The notes: generated by a model from the sequence alone, not told the origin. Positions 10,270 through 21,624 are shown, counted from the first letter of the stretch. The stretch is DNA of 64,000 nucleotides from a virus (IMGVR_UViG_3300032224_000591:32001-96000); one strand, 5' to 3'. Made by a program: numbers and translations.

Positions 10270-12432
10270 GTGGCACAACAAAATATTCTCGTAGGAACGA
10301 CTGTTAATGATGGTACCGGCGACCCACTACGCACGGCCTTCGTCAAGACACAGAATAATTTCTCTGACCTATACACTAACTATGTTTCAAATGCTCAGCT
10401 GATTGCAAACCTTGGCAATTATGTAACTACTAGTTCACTTTCTGGCAATATCGCCCTCTATTCTTCTAACAACTCATCATATCTTGGTGGTGTTGCTGCA
10501 GCATCTTATCAACTTAATTCTACACTAAATGCTAATATCTCCAGTTATCTACCATCATATGCTGGTGCTCTAAATGCTACATCTATTTCAATTGGTTCAA
10601 ATGTTACGGTTAATACGAGTGGTCTATATACCGGCAATTCGGTTGATCTGACGACTGGCGCCGGCGCAACAGTAGCTAATGACACAATCATCTTTATAGG
10701 CAATAACAGTTCGAACTCATATCTGACGACTGGAATGCTAAGTGTTAACGCGGTAACTATTGCAAACACCTCCGGTGTATACACAGGCACAGTTAACGCA
10801 GCATCTCATACAGTTGGCACCTCAACAATTGCTAACTCAACTGGTGTGTTTACTAGTATTGTAAATGGTGCGTCTATCACTGTAGGAACAACTGTTGTAG
10901 CCAACTCTACGGGTATTGTCACACCTACAGCTACAATTGGTACCTCAACAATTGCTAACTCAACTGGTGTCTATGCTGGTATAATCAATGCAACATCGCA
11001 TACAGTTGGTACCTCAACAATTGCCAACTCAACCGGTGTATATACCGGTGTAGTTAATGGTTCATCGATTACAGTCGGTACTAGCAGCATAATTAATGCT
11101 ACCGGTGTTTGGACTACCGGTGTAGTTAATGGTTCATCATATAGTATCGGTACACAGTTTGTTGCTAATACTGCTGGTGTGTATACCGGTCTAGTTAACA
11201 CTGCTGTTATCTCTATTGGTAACTCATCAGTAAACACATATATGAATAGCTCATCTATTAACATGTATGCTAATGCTGGTATGGTACCAACTCAACTGTA
11301 TATCTTTAACTCGACTATAGCTTCTACACCTTCGTATGTTCTAGCTACTGGTGTTGGCTCAATTGCAGTAACGGCTATAGCAAATGGAAGTCTTGGTACT
11401 GGCATCTATGCTTATGCACCTACCACAGGTAGTGTGGCCGGCCAGTTTGTTTCCGGTCCTTCAGGTAACGGCATTACTGCAACATCAACAAATGGTTATG
11501 GTGTATGGGCGCAGTCAAATGGATCTGCTATCTATGCTATAGCAGGTAATACATCAGCAAATATCGTAACATTAGCATCATCTGTTGGTGCTGTTATTAT
11601 GAACGTATTTGGTAATGGTAGTATTGGTTTTGGTAATACAGCACCTGTTGATCGTCTATCAGTTTCAGGTTCAATTTTCACATCTGGTTATGTTAACTCA
11701 TTCTCACACATCTCTGGTAGTTATGGTTCAGCGACTGGTGGTTCTATTCTAAACAGTACAATCCTTGCAGTTGGTAATAGCACTGTAAATGCCTACATTA
11801 ATACTACAGCGGTTTATTCTAGTTCAAATACCGGCATATACACAGCGGCTAATAGTTATATCTTCTTTAATAGTGGTCTTACAAACCGTGTTATAATTGA
11901 TAATATTGGTAGATTTGGTATTGGGACATTCCCATCACAACCACTTGATGTTAATGGTAATACCTACATCAGTGGTAATGCTCAAATTAATGGTATTGTC
12001 AATGCATCATCACTTACTGTTGGTACATCAGTCACTGCTAATGCAACTGGTGTATATACAACAGGTGTTGTAAACTCTGCCGGTATTTCTACAAGCGGCG
12101 TCTTCAACATTGCTTCTGCAAACGTCCTATCACAGGTTCTAGTTGATGGTACAACAGTCTCTTGGAATATTGCTCTTGGTCAGATTGCAACTATTACACT
12201 AGCTAACAATCGTACGATGGCTGCACCAACTAACTTAAAGGTTGGTAGCTATGTCTTATATGTTAAGCAGGATGCCGTTGGAACAAGACTTATGACATGG
12301 AACTCTGTATTTAAGTGGGCAAATGGTACTGCACCAACATTGACTACCAACGCAAACGCAACTGACGTATTAAGATTTGATTCTGATGGTACTAACTTAT
12401 ATGCCGGTTATAACACACTAAACGTTAAGTAG
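10270..12432 (+). CDS. Tail fibre/baseplate appendage with gp9/gp10-like N-terminal anchor
   Basis: GTG start with AAGGA SD; N-terminal VGTTVNDGTGDPLRTAF.K...NF motif; about 24-aa ANSTG repeats; C-terminal ~100 aa domain shared with two other fibre ORFs. Confidence 0.75.
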   Translation: MAQQNILVGTTVNDGTGDPLRTAFVKTQNNFSDLYTNYVSNAQLIANLGNYVTTSSLSGNIALYSSNNSSYLGGVAAASYQLNSTLNANISSYLPSYAGALNATSISIGSNVTVNTSGLYTGNSVDLTTGAGATVANDTIIFIGNNSSNSYLTTGMLSVNAVTIANTSGVYTGTVNAASHTVGTSTIANSTGVFTSIVNGASITVGTTVVANSTGIVTPTATIGTSTIANSTGVYAGIINATSHTVGTSTIANSTGVYTGVVNGSSITVGTSSIINATGVWTTGVVNGSSYSIGTQFVANTAGVYTGLVNTAVISIGNSSVNTYMNSSSINMYANAGMVPTQLYIFNSTIASTPSYVLATGVGSIAVTAIANGSLGTGIYAYAPTTGSVAGQFVSGPSGNGITATSTNGYGVWAQSNGSAIYAIAGNTSANIVTLASSVGAVIMNVFGNGSIGFGNTAPVDRLSVSGSIFTSGYVNSFSHISGSYGSATGGSILNSTILAVGNSTVNAYINTTAVYSSSNTGIYTAANSYIFFNSGLTNRVIIDNIGRFGIGTFPSQPLDVNGNTYISGNAQINGIVNASSLTVGTSVTANATGVYTTGVVNSAGISTSGVFNIASANVLSQVLVDGTTVSWNIALGQIATITLANNRTMAAPTNLKVGSYVLYVKQDAVGTRLMTWNSVFKWANGTAPTLTTNANATDVLRFDSDGTNLYAGYNTLNVK

Positions 12433-12443
12433 GAAAGCATTTA

Positions 12444-14009
12444 ATGGGAAAGTTATTACCAGGTTTTAGAAAAGCCTTAGTTGATGAGATTCAAAGTGGA
12501 ATTACTACTAACACTGCGCATTACTATGCGTTTGCCGCTTCGTATGTTCCAAACTCTGCTTGGGCCGCCATCTCTTCTTATGCATTACCACAAACTGCTG
12601 ATGATTATAGTGCAACATTTTCATCAGAATGGAAAATGCTCTTTGGTAAAAGAATTAATGCTAATAACATTTTTGCTATGGCAACAAGATATGATTGGGC
12701 AGCAAATACAGTCTATCAATTCTATGATGATAGGATGGATCTAAGTAATTCAAGCTTTTATGTTGTTACATCTCCAGTATCCGGATCCGGATACTTCCAA
12801 GTATATAAATGTATTGATGCTCCGGCAAATGGTGCACCTTCAACTATTCAACCAGACCTAGTACAGTCATTAAGTTTTACTAAATCAGATGGTTATACTT
12901 GGAGATATATTACATCTATTGATTATGTTACATTTGGTAAATATGCAACTACTAAGTATTTTCCAATTACATCTAATACCACAACTCAAGCAGCAGCAAA
13001 TAACTATACCAGCGTTGAGAAGGTTATTGTAACACAGGGTGGAAGTGGGTATCAAACATATCATACTGGCACTATCTCATCTGTGCCAGATCCTTATACT
13101 ATTCAAGTCTCAAGTAATGCTGCAGCTATTGACAATTATTATACTAATAATAGTATCTATATCTATGATAATGGTACTGCACAATTAAGAAATATTACAT
13201 CTTATCGTTCAACTCTTGGTGTAGGTAACTTTATCACTGTAGATACGGCTGTTAATACACAACAGATCACTGCAGGTTCTACTTCCTATAGAATCTCACC
13301 TCAAGTATATTTCGATACTGATGCTACTTCAAAGCCTAAGGCTTACACAACAATTAATGCTGTATCAAACTCTATTCTGAGTGTAGTTATAGTTGAACCT
13401 GGTGCTGGTGCAAATTGGGCCAATGCTAAAATCATCAGTAATACTGCTTATGGTTCTGGTGCATCATTAAGGGCAATTGCTCCACCTCCAGGTGGTCATG
13501 CCTCCAATCCTACAACCGAGCTTCAAGCAGAAGGTATTGGTTTCTCATTTACCTTTGCTAACACAGAAACAAATAAGATTCCAGTTAACGTGTCCTATAA
13601 TAAGATTGGTATCATTAGAAACCCAAAGCTGCTTCTTCAGAATGGCACAGGTTCTGCTAATAATACCGGTTATTTGTATGGTAATACATTTAGCCAAGTA
13701 TTGATGGGAAATATTACCCCAACTGGCGTGGTTTTCACTGTTGGTGATACTATTAATGGCGCTAATTCTAAAGCAACCGGACAAGTGGTATTCTCAAATA
13801 GTACGGTTCTGTATCTAACTGGTGACAAATACTTTTCAAATAACGAGACTGTTGTGTCAAGTGATGGAACGAAGTCCACTGCACTGACTATAAATACGTA
13901 TGGAGACATCTTTGTTGATGACGTATATCCCCTATATGTACAAAACATTGACAATGTCACCCGCTCTAACACCCAGTCTGAGACTTTCAAACTGATCATA
14001 CAGGTTTAA
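12444..14009 (+). CDS. gp8: Baseplate wedge subunit gp8-like
   Basis: MLFGKRI, RYDW..NTVY..YDD, FYVV......VYKCID, DGYTWRY, PPGGH..N...EL, R...Q.E.FKLII. Confidence 0.8.
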   Translation: MGKLLPGFRKALVDEIQSGITTNTAHYYAFAASYVPNSAWAAISSYALPQTADDYSATFSSEWKMLFGKRINANNIFAMATRYDWAANTVYQFYDDRMDLSNSSFYVVTSPVSGSGYFQVYKCIDAPANGAPSTIQPDLVQSLSFTKSDGYTWRYITSIDYVTFGKYATTKYFPITSNTTTQAAANNYTSVEKVIVTQGGSGYQTYHTGTISSVPDPYTIQVSSNAAAIDNYYTNNSIYIYDNGTAQLRNITSYRSTLGVGNFITVDTAVNTQQITAGSTSYRISPQVYFDTDATSKPKAYTTINAVSNSILSVVIVEPGAGANWANAKIISNTAYGSGASLRAIAPPPGGHASNPTTELQAEGIGFSFTFANTETNKIPVNVSYNKIGIIRNPKLLLQNGTGSANNTGYLYGNTFSQVLMGNITPTGVVFTVGDTINGANSKATGQVVFSNSTVLYLTGDKYFSNNETVVSSDGTKSTALTINTYGDIFVDDVYPLYVQNIDNVTRSNTQSETFKLIIQV

Positions 14010-14017
14010 GGATAGAC

Positions 14018-17000
14018 ATGCCTATTAATACAGACTTAAACATTGCACCATTCTTTGACGATTTTGATGCTAACAACCAGTACTACCGCATCCTATTCAG
14101 GCCTGGAACTGCTCTTCAGGCGCGTGAGCTTACGCAGATGCAATCTATTATGCAGGGGCAAATTGAAAATTTTGGTAACTGGGCATTTAAAGACGGTGAT
14201 ATTGTTTCTGGTTGTGCTATTACTGATCAGCCGCAGATTCCATATGTGCGTATGCAGGACGCTCAGACAAATGGTGCAGGATTTAGTCCTACATTACTAG
14301 CTAATACACGTCTAGTCAGTACTTCATCTAATCTTCAGGCGCGCGTTATCCTTGGAAAACAAGGTCTAGGAACAAACTATCCTAATACAAATATCCTGTA
14401 TATTACGTATAATAATACCGGCACGGCTAACCAACAGATTTTCTCTCCGAACGAGACGATTAATGTCTATTCTATTGCAAATGGTTCTCTAGTAGCTGTT
14501 GTCAATACGTTCTCAAATACTGCTAATGCTGCAGTTACTGTAACCGGTTATGCACATGGCATATCAGTAGGTGCAGGTGTCGTTTACTTAAATGGCAATT
14601 TTATTAAGGTATTAGCGCCTACTTATGGTATTGTTAATGCTTATGGTACGGCTGCTGGAAATAACTTTGTTGGTTTCCAACTAACAGAAACAATTATCAC
14701 CGAGAATCAAGATCCTTCGCTTCTTGATAATGCACTTGGTTATCCAAATGAGAATGCTCCTGGAGCATATCGTTTGAAGCTTGAACCAACACTTGTTGCA
14801 ATGGATCAGACAAAGGCTGCAAATACAGATGGGTTTAATCCAATCGCTCAGTATAGCTTTGGTAAGCTTGTCAGTAAGGCAGAAGCTGCTAAAGACTTTC
14901 ACTCGATTGTTGATGATGCTATTTCAACACGTATCTATGAAGAAGCCGGCAACTATGTTGTTAACCCATTTGTTGTTGACACTATCTCTAATGCAGCTGC
15001 CCCCGATGCAGCTAATGCCGCTAATGGTTCATCAGATGCTACTAAAGTTCTAGCTCGTATTAATCCTGGTGTTGGTTATGCACAAGGTCATCGCGTTGAG
15101 CTTATTTCTACGCGTTATGCACCAGTACGCCGCGGTAATGATACTAACTCTTATAAGTCACAACAAGTAACCTTTAACTATGGTAGCTACTTTGTTCTTA
15201 ATGAAGTAGTTGGTAGCTTTAATCTTACAACAGTTCAAACAGTTGATCTATACAATAAGACACAAACAGCTGTAACAAGCAGAACATTTGGTAACTTATC
15301 AGTTACTGGTACTAAGATTGGTACAGCCCAAGTTCGTTGCTTTACATATAACAGCGGTATCCCTGGATTAAGAGACGCAACTTATCTGTTACATGTATTC
15401 AATATTCAGATGATCGCCGGCTATAATGTTAATCAGGTTCTGTCTGTTTACCTAGCAGGTACACCAAAAGCTGCTGGTGACCTTTCAATTGCAGGTCTGC
15501 AATCTCCTTCCACAAAAGATCAGCTATATTCCGTCGGGCGTATTGGTCTTAAGTCATTAAGAGATTCTGCTAATAATAACAATACGCAATATGTTTATAG
15601 AACACAGAACACTGCTGCAACTATGCTTGCTAATGGTTATATCTCTGTATCACTTGGTGGTTCTGCTGCTGGTGGTACTGATATTCTACCATATGGTAAT
15701 ACTGGCTCTGCTACACTTGCTTCTGGTGATGGTCAGTCATTTGTTGTAATCTCCCTGGCTAATAACCAGACAGCTGCACTTACTGGTACACTAAACTGTA
15801 GTACAACTTCAAATGTTGTTACAGCATCTTCACCTATTCTAACTTCAACATTCTATCAGGGCGATCAAGTTCTTGTTGGATCTGAAATTAGAACTGTTAC
15901 AACAGTGTCTAATGCTACAACTATGCAGCTTGATGCTGCATGGACATCTGCGTGTACAACTGCTACGTACTATAAGTTTATCCCAGCTGGTAAGATTATT
16001 CCAATCTATCAAACCGGTTCAACTGGTGGTGTGTATATTACTAATAGTACAAGTTTTGCTGTTGCAACAAACTTAGCATTAGCAGCACCTTCTACTGTAG
16101 CCGTTACTTTTGATGTTCTTAGAACTGGCACAGTGCCTGCCCAGAAAGTTATCAAGAAGAATCGCTTTATCAAGATTCAAGCATCTAATAATGCAGCTGG
16201 ACCACAAGGACCCTATTCTCTTGGTGTAGCTGATGTTCATCAGATTAGAGCAATCTACGGTTCAGCTGATGGTTCATACACAACTAGTGGCGTAGATTTA
16301 TCGGCTGCATTTGCATGGGATCATGGGCAAAAAGATACTCACTATGACTATGGTAAGATTATTCCTACCGGTGGTTATAGCCCAACAACTTATCCATACC
16401 TACTAGTTCAGCTAGATTACTTTACTCCAAACACAACACCTGGTTCTGGGTTCTTTACTGTTGAGTCATATCCAGTTGATGATACAAATTTAGCTAATAC
16501 TAATGGTATTCAGACTAAAGACATTCCTTTATATATCGACGAGGGCGGAACCCAACGTTGGTTAAGAGATTATGTAGACTTTCGTATTCCTGCAAATAAC
16601 GTATCTGCAGATACTGGTGCAATTGATACCAGTAATTCAAGTCAAGTTACTACTGCAATTGCATCGGCTACAGTTAATCCTTCTAGCACATTAACTCTTG
16701 CAGTTCCTACAACAGGATTAATGTCACCTTCATATGGTAAGAATATGCAGGCAGACTATACTGTATATCTGCCCCGCAAAGATCTTGTCATGATCACACC
16801 AGACACAACGATCAAGATTAAAGAAGGTCTATCTTCAGTTGCACCTCAGTCACCATTATCACCTGACAATGGTATGACATTAGCAGTGCTAAATATACCT
16901 GCCTATCCTTCACTGACAACAGATCAGTTAGATTCTAATCGTCTAATTAATCAGAGATCTATTAATCTAGCTAGAGATACTTCAACTGCAATCTCTATTA

Positions 17001-17791
17001 CGCTAGTTATGAATCGTCGTTATACGATGAAGGATATTGGTAAGCTTGATAACCGTATTGGTAACCTAGAGTACTATGCTGCTCTTTCTCTTCTTGAGCA
17101 GAAGGCAAAGGCTACTAACATTACTGATCAGAATGGTTTAAACCGCTTTAAGAATGGTATCTTCGTTGATCCATTTACTGACTTCCTCGGTAGTGATGTT
17201 ACTAGTCCGGAATATTCGATTGCTATCGATAAAAGAAAAGGTGTCGCTAGACCAAAGTTTGTTACTGAAGTTATTAGACTTGATTATAACACAAGCACAT
17301 CAACAAATATTCAAAAGACTGGGCGTCTTTTAACTCTTCCTTACACATCTAACACGTTTATTAGTCAGCCATATGCTACTAAATATAGATCATCAGCACA
17401 CGTAGCATCTGCATGGAATGGAACTGTTATATTAGCACCATCTTACAGCAATCATGTTGATCTAAATAATACAGCTTCTGTAAGTATTACACTTGATAAT
17501 GCAGCTCCATGGCAACAGTTTGCAAACTCACCTATGGGTTCAAACTATGGTGCTTGGCAGACAACATCAAATGTTACATCTAATGTTGTTACAACTGGTA
17601 CTCAGAGTGTAGGTGATAATTTAATGGTCGAGCTTGGTTATCAGTGGATTGATAGTACTGCTCAAGCCGCAGTTGATGCAGCAATTAGTCAATATCAGGC
17701 TCAGGGTTATACAATTGGTGGAACTTCACTTACATTTACCGGCGCGCATGGCGGTATTGGGTCGAATGCATCTGTTACAAAAATTAGTTAA
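14018..17791 (+). CDS. Large virion structural protein, VrlC/DUF4815-like (N-terminal part)
   Basis: LNIAPFFDDFD....YYRILFRPG.ALQARELTQMQS, NAPGA.RLK, RIYEEAGNYVV.PF, RRYTMKDIGKL..RI..LEYY..LSLLE, NRFKNGIFVDPF. Confidence 0.8.
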   Translation: MPINTDLNIAPFFDDFDANNQYYRILFRPGTALQARELTQMQSIMQGQIENFGNWAFKDGDIVSGCAITDQPQIPYVRMQDAQTNGAGFSPTLLANTRLVSTSSNLQARVILGKQGLGTNYPNTNILYITYNNTGTANQQIFSPNETINVYSIANGSLVAVVNTFSNTANAAVTVTGYAHGISVGAGVVYLNGNFIKVLAPTYGIVNAYGTAAGNNFVGFQLTETIITENQDPSLLDNALGYPNENAPGAYRLKLEPTLVAMDQTKAANTDGFNPIAQYSFGKLVSKAEAAKDFHSIVDDAISTRIYEEAGNYVVNPFVVDTISNAAAPDAANAANGSSDATKVLARINPGVGYAQGHRVELISTRYAPVRRGNDTNSYKSQQVTFNYGSYFVLNEVVGSFNLTTVQTVDLYNKTQTAVTSRTFGNLSVTGTKIGTAQVRCFTYNSGIPGLRDATYLLHVFNIQMIAGYNVNQVLSVYLAGTPKAAGDLSIAGLQSPSTKDQLYSVGRIGLKSLRDSANNNNTQYVYRTQNTAATMLANGYISVSLGGSAAGGTDILPYGNTGSATLASGDGQSFVVISLANNQTAALTGTLNCSTTSNVVTASSPILTSTFYQGDQVLVGSEIRTVTTVSNATTMQLDAAWTSACTTATYYKFIPAGKIIPIYQTGSTGGVYITNSTSFAVATNLALAAPSTVAVTFDVLRTGTVPAQKVIKKNRFIKIQASNNAAGPQGPYSLGVADVHQIRAIYGSADGSYTTSGVDLSAAFAWDHGQKDTHYDYGKIIPTGGYSPTTYPYLLVQLDYFTPNTTPGSGFFTVESYPVDDTNLANTNGIQTKDIPLYIDEGGTQRWLRDYVDFRIPANNVSADTGAIDTSNSSQVTTAIASATVNPSSTLTLAVPTTGLMSPSYGKNMQADYTVYLPRKDLVMITPDTTIKIKEGLSSVAPQSPLSPDNGMTLAVLNIPAYPSLTTDQLDSNRLINQRSINLARDTSTAISITLVMNRRYTMKDIGKLDNRIGNLEYYAALSLLEQKAKATNITDQNGLNRFKNGIFVDPFTDFLGSDVTSPEYSIAIDKRKGVARPKFVTEVIRLDYNTSTSTNIQKTGRLLTLPYTSNTFISQPYATKYRSSAHVASAWNGTVILAPSYSNHVDLNNTASVSITLDNAAPWQQFANSPMGSNYGAWQTTSNVTSNVVTTGTQSVGDNLMVELGYQWIDSTAQAAVDAAISQYQAQGYTIGGTSLTFTGAHGGIGSNASVTKIS

Positions 17792-17805
17792 TTTGGAGAT
17801 ATAAA

Positions 17806-20490
17806 TTGGCAGCCGTTCAAACCACATATACCACAGACGTTGAAACATCTACTCGCAGTGGTACCCAATTAACTGTTACAACAGATACTCAAAGACAAAC
17901 TGTAGGTAATTTTGTTACCGACATGTCAATACAGCCATATATGGCCGCTGAAGAAATCTCCTTCTATGCATATAATATGCGTCCAGGTTCACGTATTCAT
18001 TGCTTCTTTGATAGTGTTAATGTGGATGCTTATTGTGCACCTGGTGTATCAACTTCTGCAAATACAACATCAATTGACACGTCAACAAATGCTGCTATCG
18101 TAAAAACCGCTGCTTGGGGAACTGCAATCTATGCTGATTCTACCGGGCATGTGTATGGTAGATTTAATCTACCAGCAGGTAGATTTAAGACTGGTGATAG
18201 AGTATTCACACTAGCTGATACTACTAACCTAATTCTTGGTACTGATGCTTTAACAACTAAAGCTGCTGCTGTCTTTACAGCATCTAATATGAATGTCACT
18301 AAGTCAACAGTGACACTGACTACAATTAATCCTTTGATTGCAGTTATTCCGGTTTCACAGACAGTTGTTAATACGACTTACTCAAATACATCAATTGATC
18401 TACCTGACCTTCCTGGTGTTGTTTTTATTGATGCTCAGTGGGAACCTATTGCCCAAGCATTAAACATTAATACACCTCAGGGCGAAGCAGGCGTCTATGC
18501 GACATCGCTTGATTTATTTTTCAAGCAGAAAGCACAAATGCCTGGTGTTGACCATGGTGTTACTGTTTATCTGACAGAAATGAAGAATGGTTATCCTGAT
18601 GGTAAGTCTATCCTCCCATTCTCAACTGTGCATCTTAGGGATGCTGATATTAATATCAGTGAAGATGCAAGCGTAAAGACTACATTTGTATTCGAATCTC
18701 CCGTGTTCCTTAATAATAATATGGAATATGCTTTCATTGTTAAGCCCGATGCTAATGATCCAGACATCTGGGTGTATAGTGCATCTCTTGGTGATGTTGA
18801 TATTAAGTCTGGGGTTCAGGTATACAGCCAGCCTGTTACCGGTACGGCATTCTTTGGTGCTACCATGACAACATGGAGTGCTTTACAGTCAGAATACATC
18901 AAGCATAATCTAAATATTGCAGTCTTTAGTAATGCTCAGGGTGATGTATATTTTAATAACGCAAACTCTGATTTTGTAACTCTTCAGAATATTTCATTTA
19001 ATAATTCGAATAATACTATTTTACCTGGTGATACAATATATCAAGCAAGTAATAGTACACCTTCTACTGTATCTACATCGATTAATGGAATAGTTAGACA
19101 GTATGATAATACTAGAAATATCATATATGTTAGCAACTCGTCTGCAAATTTCACAAACAATGCCTTCATACAGGTACATAGATATGCTAACTCTACACTC
19201 AAGACATCCCCTGGGCCTAATACAACTACTATAATTGCTTCAGGTAATACGGGTGTACTTAATAATATTGTAGTCGATGGTATTTGTGGTCAGTTCGCAA
19301 CACTACTTCCTGCTGGTACGGGTATTGCATTTGACTACAAGGGCGCAAGCAATACATATCTAGCTGATTCAAATACTAACGTTATTACACCAGGTATTGA
19401 AACAGATATGTTTGATAAGGAAAGAATTGTAGCTAGTTTATCCAATGAAATAAGTGCTTCTAGTGGAAAGACTTTTACTATTCATGGTCGATTCCAGTCT
19501 GACTCTGCTCTTCTTTCACCGGCTATTGATCTAGTCAAAGCTAATGCTTTAAGTATTGCCAATCTAGTTGATCCAGTAGGATTTATCTATAATGAATACT
19601 ATAATAATGGTACATCCAAAACTAAGTATATCTCTCAAGTGGTTACACTAGCAAATGGTCAGGATGCACAGGATTTACAGATTCATATTACTGCGCATAA
19701 ACCAGTAGGAACTGATATTAAGTTATATGTAAAGTTCTTGAATAATCAGGACGTTGAGCCAATTGCCAATAAGACTTGGACACCAATGCTCAATCTAGGA
19801 TATAATATTTATAATACGGTTGAACCAAATGATATGACTGAGTTAGTTTATCAGACATTCCCTTATTATGGTCTAACTCCAACAACTGGGACTATCACTT
19901 CTTCGTTGGGTTCTAATACTATAACTGGTGTAGGAACAAAATTCCAGACAGAGTTAGTAGTTGGCCAATGGATTAATATGCCAGCAAACACAACTTATTC
20001 AGAAACAGCAAGACAGGTTATTGCTATTGCAAGTAATACCTCATTAACAGTGTCTAATACATTTGGTGTCGCATATACTGCAAATGCTTATTATGTAGTC
20101 CCACCACCAACTACAGCTTGGAAGTCTAATACATTCTCTACACTACAGACTGGTACAGTATCTGCTAACACAACAACTAATATTGTGACCGGTTCTGGTA
20201 CTAACTTCTTAAGCTTATTGCCTGGTCAGACTATTAGTTTTGCACAGGACAGCGATATTATTACAGGCATTACTAACTCAACGTCACTTACTGTACGTAC
20301 CCCATGGTCAGCCACTGTGTCAGCACAGACTTTCTATCTGGTAGCAACTGGTGGTGTTTCATACTTAAACTCTAAGAACAGTCTATTCACTAACTTCAGT
20401 CGTTTTCAAATCAAGATGATTCTACAATCAAATGATAGCTCTAAGGTCCCAATTGTTAGTGACATTAGAGCATTGGCTATGCAGCTCTAA
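17806..20490 (+). CDS. Large virion structural protein, VrlC/DUF4815-like (C-terminal part)
   Basis: TTG start after GGAGA; IQPYM...ISF....MRP.SR...FFD, EPIAQ, TSLDLFF..K, T.F.FESPVFL....EYAF, F..FQIKMIL......VP...DIRA.A. Confidence 0.75.
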   Translation: MAAVQTTYTTDVETSTRSGTQLTVTTDTQRQTVGNFVTDMSIQPYMAAEEISFYAYNMRPGSRIHCFFDSVNVDAYCAPGVSTSANTTSIDTSTNAAIVKTAAWGTAIYADSTGHVYGRFNLPAGRFKTGDRVFTLADTTNLILGTDALTTKAAAVFTASNMNVTKSTVTLTTINPLIAVIPVSQTVVNTTYSNTSIDLPDLPGVVFIDAQWEPIAQALNINTPQGEAGVYATSLDLFFKQKAQMPGVDHGVTVYLTEMKNGYPDGKSILPFSTVHLRDADINISEDASVKTTFVFESPVFLNNNMEYAFIVKPDANDPDIWVYSASLGDVDIKSGVQVYSQPVTGTAFFGATMTTWSALQSEYIKHNLNIAVFSNAQGDVYFNNANSDFVTLQNISFNNSNNTILPGDTIYQASNSTPSTVSTSINGIVRQYDNTRNIIYVSNSSANFTNNAFIQVHRYANSTLKTSPGPNTTTIIASGNTGVLNNIVVDGICGQFATLLPAGTGIAFDYKGASNTYLADSNTNVITPGIETDMFDKERIVASLSNEISASSGKTFTIHGRFQSDSALLSPAIDLVKANALSIANLVDPVGFIYNEYYNNGTSKTKYISQVVTLANGQDAQDLQIHITAHKPVGTDIKLYVKFLNNQDVEPIANKTWTPMLNLGYNIYNTVEPNDMTELVYQTFPYYGLTPTTGTITSSLGSNTITGVGTKFQTELVVGQWINMPANTTYSETARQVIAIASNTSLTVSNTFGVAYTANAYYVVPPPTTAWKSNTFSTLQTGTVSANTTTNIVTGSGTNFLSLLPGQTISFAQDSDIITGITNSTSLTVRTPWSATVSAQTFYLVATGGVSYLNSKNSLFTNFSRFQIKMILQSNDSSKVPIVSDIRALAMQL

Positions 20491-20491
20491 A

Positions 20492-20704
20492 ATGACTAAT
20501 AAATATGTTAAGACGGATGTTGAGGGGCTAATTAAGGATACACAGTCAGGCGCAATCTTGAGTGTCGACCATGCTGGCCTTGCAGCTTATAAGAAACAAA
20601 AGAATGCATTGGATATGGCACGAAACACCTCTCAGAGAATAGATCAACTGGAAGGTGATATTAATGACATTAAACAGATGCTACAACTGCTTTTAAAGAG
20701 ATAG
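20492..20704 (+). CDS. Small coiled-coil protein conserved after VrlC-like genes
   Basis: ATG 20492; LIKDTQSGAIL...Y...K...IDQLE.DI.DIKQML. Confidence 0.65.
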   Translation: MTNKYVKTDVEGLIKDTQSGAILSVDHAGLAAYKKQKNALDMARNTSQRIDQLEGDINDIKQMLQLLLKR

Positions 20705-20710
20705 GCTTAG

Positions 20711-21289
20711 ATGACAGTCCTAGTTCAAAATACTCTAACTACTAGTACGTTCGACTACTGGCGAAACCGTACAAACGAACTTGCGACTGCAATGTCAGTA
20801 TCAGTGCTCACTGTTAACTCTAACACAGCAACTGGTAATGCTGCGATCACTGGAACGTTCACTTCTAACGTAATCAATATCTCGAACGGTTCTAGTAATG
20901 TTGTTATTTCATCACCAACGGCTGCACAGAAGACAAGCGGCCAATATCTATTAAATGCTAATAACTCCTGGACATATGACGCAGTAAGCAATGGTTCATT
21001 TGTAACTACCGGCACTCTAATTCAGAATGTCGATAGTTTTGCCATGGCATCATTCAATGCAGCAAAGTATTTGATTAGCATTACTGACAATGTCGTTAAC
21101 AATTTTGTCGCAACAGAACTATTAGTCACACATAATAACAGTAACGGGTTTATCACTGAGTATGGTGGTATCAACACTAATACTGCGATTGGTGTGTTCA
21201 GTATTGGTGCAAATCTAACTCATGCAATCTTAAGATATACACCAACGACCGCTAATGCTACTATTAAATTTGCAAGGACGCTGATCTAA
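20711..21289 (+). CDS. Virion structural/fibre protein
   Basis: N-terminal TFDYWRNRTNEL motif; C-terminal VDSF......AKYLISI......ATELLV.H......TEYG domain seen in phage tail proteins. Confidence 0.6.
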   Translation: MTVLVQNTLTTSTFDYWRNRTNELATAMSVSVLTVNSNTATGNAAITGTFTSNVINISNGSSNVVISSPTAAQKTSGQYLLNANNSWTYDAVSNGSFVTTGTLIQNVDSFAMASFNAAKYLISITDNVVNNFVATELLVTHNNSNGFITEYGGINTNTAIGVFSIGANLTHAILRYTPTTANATIKFARTLI

Positions 21290-21618
21290 TGTCTACGAAG
21301 GCTAATTTAGTCATCGATCAGGGAAGCACATATAATACTGAACTGAATTTAGCAGACCAGTATGGTGACCCGCTATATCTTGGTGGTTACACATGCCTAG
21401 CTCAGATTAGGAAGTGGTATACATCCACAAACTCAATCTCGTTTGCAACTTCTCTTAATGTCGCAAACGGCATTATTAGTCTATCTCTTACTTCAAATCA
21501 AACAGGAAGTATGTTAGCTGGCAGATACGTATATGACGTTGAGTTGACTGATGCCTCCAATAATGTTTCTAGGGTATTAGAAGGTATTGTTACTGTTACA
21601 CCACAAGTGACAAGGTAA
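21289..21618 (+). CDS. Small tail adaptor protein (BppU N-terminal-like Ig fold)
   Basis: ANLVIDQGSTY, AQIRKWY.S, G.ISLSLT..QT..M.AGRYVYDVEL, RVLEGIVTVTPQVT. Confidence 0.65.
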   Translation: MSTKANLVIDQGSTYNTELNLADQYGDPLYLGGYTCLAQIRKWYTSTNSISFATSLNVANGIISLSLTSNQTGSMLAGRYVYDVELTDASNNVSRVLEGIVTVTPQVTR

Positions 21619-21624
21619 TCAGAG

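Noticed and set aside
10800-11140. CRISPR-like spaced repeats
   Set aside because: The repeats are degenerate, in-frame coding repeats within a fibre gene, without unique spacers or cas genes
17770-17810. Programmed frameshift joining the two VrlC-like ORFs
   Set aside because: The downstream frame has a TAG at 17785-17787, just after the A-run, and the second ORF has its own SD
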